Part shown: positions 50,401-64,000 of the stretch, piece by piece | Position numbering within the stretch: position 1 is the first letter of the stretch | Layout of the letters: each line of letters starts with the position of its first letter | Assembly (NCBI GenBank): GCA_002269645.1 | Contig: NIVC01003257.1 | Span: forward strand, 19,708-83,707 | From: Macrostomum lignano | Lineage: Eukaryota | Direction of reading: 5' to 3' | DNA: 64,000 nt | Notes under the pieces: model-generated | What the model saw: the letters and a program-made list of their open reading frames with translations, nothing else | What the model was told of the DNA's origin: nothing | Databases searched by the model: none | Position numbers and translations under genes: made by a program

Positions 50401-53400
50401 GGCGATTCTTAATGGCGATTTTTTAATGGCGATTTTTAATGGCGATTTTTTATTAGTAATTTTTAATGGCGATTCCTAATGGCGATTCTAAATGGTAACT
50501 TTTTTGGCGATTTTTAAAGCGATTTTAAATGGCGATTCTTAATGGCGATTTTTAATGACGATTTTTAATGACGATTTTTAATGGCGATTTTTTATTGGTA
50601 ATTTTTAATGGCGATTCTTAATGGCGATTTTTAATGGCAATTTTTTATTAGTAATTTTTAATGGCGATTCTTAATGGCGATTCTAAATGGTAACTTTAAT
50701 TGGCGATTTTTTAATGGCGATTTTTGATGCCGATTGGGGCGATTCTCAAGGACGATTATCAGGGGCGATTCCTAATGGCGAATCCGCTTCCCCAGCACTC
50801 ACTCAGCAGCCTATTAGACTCGAACTCGTACTGCAACCGGCTGGCTCGAGTTTGAAATCTGCCGCAATATTGATTGCTGCTATTATCATCACTATCGACA
50901 TTATTGTTGAACCGACACCGACCCTTAGCGCCGAGGCACATCCGGCCGCCTTGAGCAACCATCAGGCGTCGAACAGTGGCCGCCGGATGTCCGACATAGG
51001 CCTGCAGGCTGGCCGACTCCGGCGTGTTTCTCAGCTCCAACAGCAGGCGCTCATTGCTGGTTAGAAGGCCGATCTGTAGAGTTGTTGCGTTTGAGTTGTG
51101 AGACTTGGTCTCAAGTCTCGCCGATTTCAACAACAGAAAGGAAAATCTCACCCTACAAGCCTATTCAATCTTCAAAATCTCCACCCTACAAGCTTAACAG
51201 TCTTCAAAATCTCACCCCATATATATGTTTAATAGCCTCCAAAATCTCACCCCTATAAGTTTAATAGTCTTCAAAATCTCACCCCATAAGGTTTAATAGT
51301 CTTCAAAATCTCACCCCCTACAGGTTTAATAGTCTTCAAAATCTCACCCCATAAGGTTTAATAGTCTTCAAAATCTCACCCCCTACAGGTTTAAAAGTCT
51401 TCAAAATCTCACCTCTACAAGTTTAATAGTCTTCAAAATCTCACCTCTACAAGTTTAAAAGTCTTCAAAATCTCTCCCCTACAAGTTTAAAAGTCTTCAA
51501 AATCTCACCCCATAAGGTTTAATAGTCTTCAGAATATCACTCTTTTTACCAACATTCAAAATCTCACCCCACAAAAAGTTGGATAGGCAGCCTTCAAAAT
51601 GAGCTCACCCTGTGAATAAGCACCCTGGTCACGCTAGTATTATCGAAATGGTTCAGTTCAAACGTGCCAGACAGATAGTGATAAGAGTCTAAGAAGCAGC
51701 CGAACACGTCGTAGGGTTGCAGCTCTGCTCTGGAGAGAAACTGGTCCATCTCTGCAGGGTTCAATTAAATAGACTTTATTTTAAAACTAACATTAACAGA
51801 TTAACACTGATCTTGAGAAAGATCAGTTAACATCTCACCATAGAGATGAATATCTGTGTTTATTCACCGTTGTATCCAATTACATCGCCATTTACATCGC
51901 CATAGCAACCGTTGGTATCCAATCGGCAATATTATAGCTACTTAAAACTAATAAAACAGTAGCATAGCACCGAATAAATACCCTAGCAACGGTTGCCAGG
52001 CAAAAATACCCTAGCAACGGTTGCCAGGCGAAAAATACCCTAGCAACGGTTGCCAGGCGAAAAATACCCTAGCAACGGTTGCCAGGCGAAAAATACCCTA
52101 GCAACGGTTGCCAGGCGAAAAATACCCTAGCAACGGTTGCCAGGCGAAAAATACCCTAGCAACGGTTGCCAGGCGAAAAATACCCTAGCAACGGTTGCCA
52201 GGCGAAAAATACCCTAGCAACGGTTGCAAGCCGAATAAAAAATCATACCAACGGTTGCCAGCCGACCCAAATAAAAAACCATAGCAACGGTTGCCACCCG
52301 ACCCGAATAAAAAACCATAGCAACGGTTGCCAGCCGGCCCAAATAAAAAACCATAGCAACGGTTGCCACCCGACCCGAATAAAAAACCATAGCAACGGTT
52401 GCCAGCCGACCCAAATAAAAAACCATAGCAACGGTTGCCACCCGACCCGAATAAAAAACCATAGCAACGGTTGCCAGCCGACCCGAATAAAAAACCATAG
52501 CAACGGTTGCCAGCCGAATAAAAAAACATAGCAACCGTTGCCACCTGAATAAAAATAGCCTAGCAACGGTTGCTAACAGAACAAACACGCATAGCAACAC
52601 CTAAAATGAGCGAACTATCACCATAGCAACAATAAAACAAATTCTCTGCAAACGCACCAACATTGTAGATGGCAATTTCGCCTTGTTCAGCCTCTCGCTT
52701 AGCTCCGCTAATAAGTATAACATCGCCAGACTCGGCTGCAAACGGTTGAAACTCCACGTACTGGCAGTAGAGCCAATCAAACTGCGACACCAGTTCCAGG
52801 CGATGCGTTTCAACTGCGTCATCTGCTGGCAGCGAGGCAATTAAAGCGGCTTTGTTAAAGTGCAGCGTGCGATAGCACTGGCCAGGATTGCACACCAGCC
52901 ACAGCTTCACCGTGCCGTCCTTTGAAGCGGTGGCGAAATATCGGCCATCGGGAGTGTCCGGCGCCGCCACGTGCAGCACCTGGTTTATGTCAAAGAGAGA
53001 TCAAATGGGAAATGATAATGACATCACAATCACATTATTTTTTACTATATTCGTTTGGTAATGATTCATACCAAGGTGATTAAGGCCCGTTTGGACAGGC
53101 ACGACTCAGTTATACGAACTATGGACATTATTATTCATTTCTATGGCCACATGACTCATTTCTATAGCCAGATTTCTATGGTTACATGACTCACTTCTAT
53201 GGCTGCATGACTCATTTCTATGGCTACATGGCTCATTTCTTTGGCAAGATGACTCATTTCTTTGGCAAGATGACTCATTTCTAAGGCAATATGACTCATT
53301 TCTATGGCAACATGATTCGTTTCTATGGCATCATGATTCATTTCTTAGCCAGATGAAGCCAGACGACTCATTTCTATGACCACATTACTCATTTTTATGA

Positions 53401-54107
53401 ATAAAGTACTCAGTTTTATGGCTACATTACTCATTTCGATGACCATACGACTCATTTTAATAACCAAATTAGTCATTTGACGATCACATGCCTCCTTAAA
53501 AGACAGCTGCATGATCCAACTGGTTAGTCATGGCTTTTCATGTCATTTGATCAATCATGATTCATGACCAACTTCGAGTGCCAAAATCTAATTTAAATAG
53601 TTCCATGAATTAGAAATGACTATGACTCATTAGGATGATCATACCACATAACTTTATCTAGGATGCCCATCCAGATTCACTTGATTGGTCATTCATGACT
53701 CATTTGGATGGTCGCTACTTATTAATGAGTTACTTTCTGTTCCTATCCCCCAATAGCAGAGTGACTAGTTAAGACTAAAAACAAACTGAAAAAACGCCAA
53801 CCTCATCGCTGTGCTGGCCGCACTGGCACTCCAGCTTATCCGGCTTAGAATCCTCAATCAATCGCGCTAATTGGTGGCGCGTTGGCGCCACCGGCGGCAG
53901 CGGATCGGAGCGCCGATAATTGGGATGCGACCTGGCCAAGTAGCCCGACCAGAAGGCTTCGCGGTTGACTAGGAAATGCCAATTGCGACAGGCCAGCGAC
54001 ACGGCCTCAATGTCGGCCAGGGAGTCAAGCGACTCCAGCACGCGATAGAATGCTAGCTGGGGCAGGTTGCACCATAGACTGTGCTGGGGAGAGCAGGGCT
54101 GAGCCAT
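47427..54107 (-). CDS. FBXW5: F-box/WD repeat protein 5, 661 aa
   Basis: Exons 54107-53802, 52979-52658, 51751-51609, 51073-50803, 49873-49670, 48815-48349 and 47699-47427 join in frame. N-terminal F-box, HSDE|VLHV..FATASKDGTVKLW, GEIAI, PYDVFGC, GHVIGMSLSQDHRFLFVN, HKGFTP...FFLFMDV, SGSED, YVWDR..LRHDSVVN and LLATASDD.TVKFW are all FBXW5-type. Confidence 0.93.
47935..48270. repeat. ~33-bp minisatellite, FBXW5 intron 6
   Basis: Unit approximately AAATCTAAATGACCTTAAATGTCCTGGCTCC. Confidence 0.85.
48890..49570. repeat. 22-bp minisatellite, FBXW5 intron 5
   Basis: Unit AAAGGGCGATTCTCAAGGTCAT. Confidence 0.92.
49935..50780. repeat. 13-bp minisatellite, FBXW5 intron 4
   Basis: Unit ATGGCGATTTTTA. 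Confidence 0.95.
51145..51575. repeat. ~31-bp minisatellite, FBXW5 intron 3
   Basis: Unit TTCAAAATCTCACCCCTACAAGTTTAATAGTC. Confidence 0.92.
51980..52640. repeat. 29/37-bp palindromic-core minisatellite, FBXW5 intron 2
   Basis: Units CCCTAGCAACGGTTGCCAGGCGAAAAATA and AAAAACCATAGCAACGGTTGCCAGCCGACCCGAATA. Confidence 0.93.
53150..53460. repeat. ~22-bp degenerate minisatellite, FBXW5 intron 1
   Basis: Core ATGACTCATTTCTATGGC. Confidence 0.8.
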
Positions 54108-54207
54108 TTGCGCTTGTTCTCAGTTGGCTTTTAATTTGGGCGGCGGCAATACAAGTACAGAGTGAGGCATGCATTGAAATGTGAGGACTCCGAGTGAGGA
54201 CTCAGCA

Positions 54208-55453
54208 GCTCTGGGAGGCTGGCCCAGCAACTGAGGATCTGGGAGGCTGGCCCAGCAACTGAGGATCTGGGAGGCTGGCCCAGCAACTGGGGATCTGGGA
54301 GGCTGACCCAGCAACTGAGGATCTGGGAGGCTGGCCCAGCAACTGAGGATCTGGGAGGCTGGCCCAGCAACTGAGGATCTGGGAGGCTGGCCCAGCAACT
54401 GAGGCTCTGGGAGGCTGGCCCAGCAACTGAGGATCTGGGAGGCTGGCCCAGCAACTGAGGATCTGGGAGGCTGGCCCAGCAACTGAGGCTCTGGGAGGCT
54501 GGCCCAGCAACTGAGGCTCTGGGAGGCTGGCCAGCAACTGAGGATCTGGGAGGCCGGCCAGCAACTGAGGATCTGGGAGGCTGGCCAAGCAACTGAGGAT
54601 CTGGGAGGCTGGCCCAGCAACTAAGGCTCTGGGAGGCTGGGCCAGCAACGGAGGATCTGGGAGGCTGGCCAGCAACTGAGAATCTGGGAGGCTGGCCCAG
54701 CAACTGAGGATCTGGGAGGCTGGCCCAGCAACTGAGGATCTGGGAGGCTGGCCCAGCAACTGACACTCTGGGAGGCTGGCCCAGCAATTGAGGATCTGGG
54801 AAGCTGGCCCAGCAACTGACACTCTGGGAGGCTGGCCCAGCAACTGAGGATCTGGGAGGCTGGCCCAGCAACTGAGGATCTGGGAGGCTGGCCCAGCAAT
54901 GAGGATCTGGGAGGCTGGCCCAGCAACTGATCTGGGAGGCTGGCCCAGCAACTGGATCTGGGAGACTGGCCCAGCAACTGAGAATCTGGGAGGCTGGCCC
55001 AGCAACTGAGGCTCTGGGAGGCTGGCCCAGCAACTGACACTCTGGGAGGCTGGCCCAGCAACTGACACTCTGGGAGGCTGGCCCAGCAATTGAGGATCTG
55101 GGAAGCTGGCCCAGCAACTGACACTCTGGGAGGCTGGCCCAGCAACTGACACTCTGGGAGGCTGGCCCAGCAACTGACACTCTGGGAGGCTGGCCCAGCA
55201 ACTGACACTCTGGGAGGCTGGCCCAGCAACTGACACTCTGGGAGGCTGGCCCAGCAATTGAGGATCTGGGAAGCTGGCCCAGCAACTGACACTCTGGGAG
55301 GCTGGCCCAGCAACTGACACTCTGGGAGGCTAGCCCAGCAACTGGGGATCTGGGAGGCTGGCCCAGCAACTGAGGATCTGGGAGGCTGGCCCAGCAACTG
55401 AGGATCTGGGAGGCTGGCCCAGCAATTGAGGATCTGGGAGGCTGGCCCAGCAA
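54208..55453 (-). repeat. 28-bp satellite family, ~1.25-kb array (copy C)
   Basis: Same unit as copies A and B. Lies between the KDM6 3' end and the FBXW5 ATG. Confidence 0.97.
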
Positions 55454-56134
55454 TTTTCGTTGTCTGTTGGCTTCCAGGCTTGCAGAAGGGCTGCAGGCAA
55501 TGGAATAATAAAAAAACAGTTAAGAGACAGCAGTTATCAGTTACACTTTTGACAATTATGACAACTATATAATTATTGCCGAGCAAATGAAAACAGCGAT
55601 TAGGACACACAATAAAGCAGCAGCTAAAAGAAACTGTGTAAGCGGGCATGACAGTGGAAAATTTAACAAACTTAGCTAACCTATAGCACAGAGCTATTAC
55701 GTACCCTGACATTTTTCAACAAAAGTGTTTTGAATAAAGATTCTAGCATTTAATAGTGCAGATTAGCAAACTGATGAAGGAAGTAAGGTAGATTATTATT
55801 TATATTATATAATACAAACTGAATAAGAGCAGTAAGCTTAAAAATGAACGCATGTAAAGCCACAAACGAGAGGGGCATTTGTAAGAAAGTAGAAAATGAA
55901 AAACACCTCTCTATTAGACACCTTTATTAAATAACGAATTGTCGAATTTGTCAAACACCTGAGCGTCTCATAATATTGATACGCTAGATAGTCTACTGCA
56001 GAGTTACCCGGTAGTAGTAGTTGTTAAGCTAGAGAAATTTGACTATTATTAAAGTTGAAATTTTATTTTTAGGGTGGCGCCTCGGCCCTGCCGATCAACA
56101 GTTTGGCTTTCCCTCTTGCCCGCATGCATCTGAA

Positions 56135-56340
56135 TTTGACCTCTCTCCTTACTGCACTCTCATTGGCTGAGCTAGATTGGGCCTGCCCCCTAGGCGGAGT
56201 TTCGTCCACTGACTCTGACTTCTCTCTTTACTGCACTCTTATTGGCTGAGCTAGATTGGGCCTGCCCTTAGAGTCTTAGACCAACTTTCGTCCGCCTGAC
56301 TTTCACTTCTCTCCTTGCTGCTCTCTCATTGGCTGATGCT
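56135..56340. repeat. Three degenerate ~70-85-bp direct repeats
   Basis: CTCTCTC.TTACTGCACTCT.ATTGGCTGAGCTAGATTGGGCCTGCCC is repeated. Confidence 0.6.
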
Positions 56341-57149
56341 TAAATATCGAATTTTTTGTTGTCTATGGCCCAAACCCTGTCTTGTTTAATTAATTTAATC
56401 GTACAATCCTCCTGTTTCTTATATTGTCCCAACTTTAATTGACAAAACAGCATTAAATATAATTGACCGGAAAAGCGCCAAAAATTAACTACTAGAATAA
56501 AGCAATTGTGAATACAGCATGGTGGTACATAAATAGCAAAACAACACAATAAAAACGTGGTTTTTCTTAAAAACACAAAGACGCATTTTATTTTACTATT
56601 TATTTTTCATATAAAATTGATAACGCGAGAACAAAGATTATAACAAGTGAAAAGGGTAATTTTTATGAAAATTCGATTTAAAAAACATTTACAAATCGAA
56701 AAACGCAATTAGCTGCCCCTACAACAAGCCTACGCTTATAATAATTACCATAGACTAATCAAGTAGGAAGAGCATTTCTTTTAACGAGCTATTCGCTATT
56801 ATACTACTCAACTGCTGTTTTGTAAGTAGTTCAGAAGAATAATCTACAAAAATTAACTACAGTTTGAAAGTTTACGATATACATGTAGGAGACAGAGCGA
56901 CAAAGAGTTAATTAATAATGCGATTAAAGCTGCTGCAATGGATAGGAATTGGAAAAAGGTATAGTTTCTTTAGTCTTTGTTTAAGACATGAAATCAAAAA
57001 ATTGGGATAGGACAGGGTTTATGATTGATTAGTATATATACACACAAGTTTATATCGGCAAAAAGGAAATGTTTATTTCGTTATAAACTCAACGGAGCGT
57101 TCATAGTTTGAAGTTCAGTTTAGTTAGTCAGGTCGGCTCCGCCATCGGT

Positions 57150-63465
<6,316 letters not shown>

Positions 63466-63599
63466 CTGAACAACGAATGGGAGAAGAGAAATCATTATAC
63501 GCTTAATATAGGTATTATCAGAGCTTCCGCTTAATATGGACGATGTGTATGAGCCTGTAGACGAGAAAATCGTTGGCTCCACCTGTTCATTAATCAACA

Positions 63600-64000
63600 C
63601 TAGATGGGGGTTATTCTGACTAAAAGACCTGAGTCAAATTACTTAATCTCGATAGGGGAATTCATTGATTCTAGATGAGGGAACTCATCGACTCTAGATA
63701 GGGCAATCATTAACTCTAGATATCATTGACTCTAGATGGGGAATCATATGACTCTAGATGGGGAAACTCTAGATGGGGAATTCATTGACTCTAGATGGGG
63801 AGAACTTATCAACTCTAGATGGGATCTTGATCTAGGTTGTGAATTCATTCGACTTAGATGGGGAACTTATCACTCTAGATCGGGATTCATGACTCTAGGT
63901 TGTGAATTCATGACTCTAGATGGGGAGAACTTATCAACTCTAGATCGGGAATTCATTGACTCTAGGTGTGATTCATCGACTCTAGATGGGGAGAACTTAT
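63600..64000. repeat. ~22-bp degenerate minisatellite, KDM6 intron (runs off window)
   Basis: Core ACTCTAGATGGGGAA.TCA. Confidence 0.85.

Overview
Eukaryotic (animal) genomic DNA, not prokaryotic. Spliceosomal GT-AG introns filled with intron-specific minisatellites, poly-Ala/poly-Gln proteins and ATG-less first exons suggest a free-living flatworm of the Macrostomum type (inference, not verified). Content from left to right: (1) a transposon cluster at 1-15.5 kb with a LOA/R1-group LINE carrying RNase H, a head-to-tail array of an RTEX-like LINE, a nested 3.4-kb TA-TSD DNA transposon with a BEN-domain remnant, and a hAT MITE with an 8-bp TSD; (2) + strand genes PUSL1/TruA-like (one in-frame TGA), EBAG9-like and tyrosine aminotransferase (TAT); (3) - strand genes LAS1L, tRNA-Lys(CTT), FBXW5 and the 3' part of KDM6/UTX (many 1-nt indels, probably read-consensus errors), plus a decayed Ty3/gypsy pol and a CORE-type SINE. 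About 30 tandem arrays explain nearly all long ORFs in the supplied track, which are spurious. Best leads: first exons that lack ATG but would be in frame with the AUG-terminated flatworm spliced leader; a both-strand CC>CT / GG>AG hypermutation signature confined to old repeats; a LINE that appears to stack into its own 3' end; a shared AATCTCAC(C/A)CCT core in five unrelated minisatellites; and a 28-bp satellite found three times just downstream of genes. All alignments, exon boundaries and counts were done by eye.
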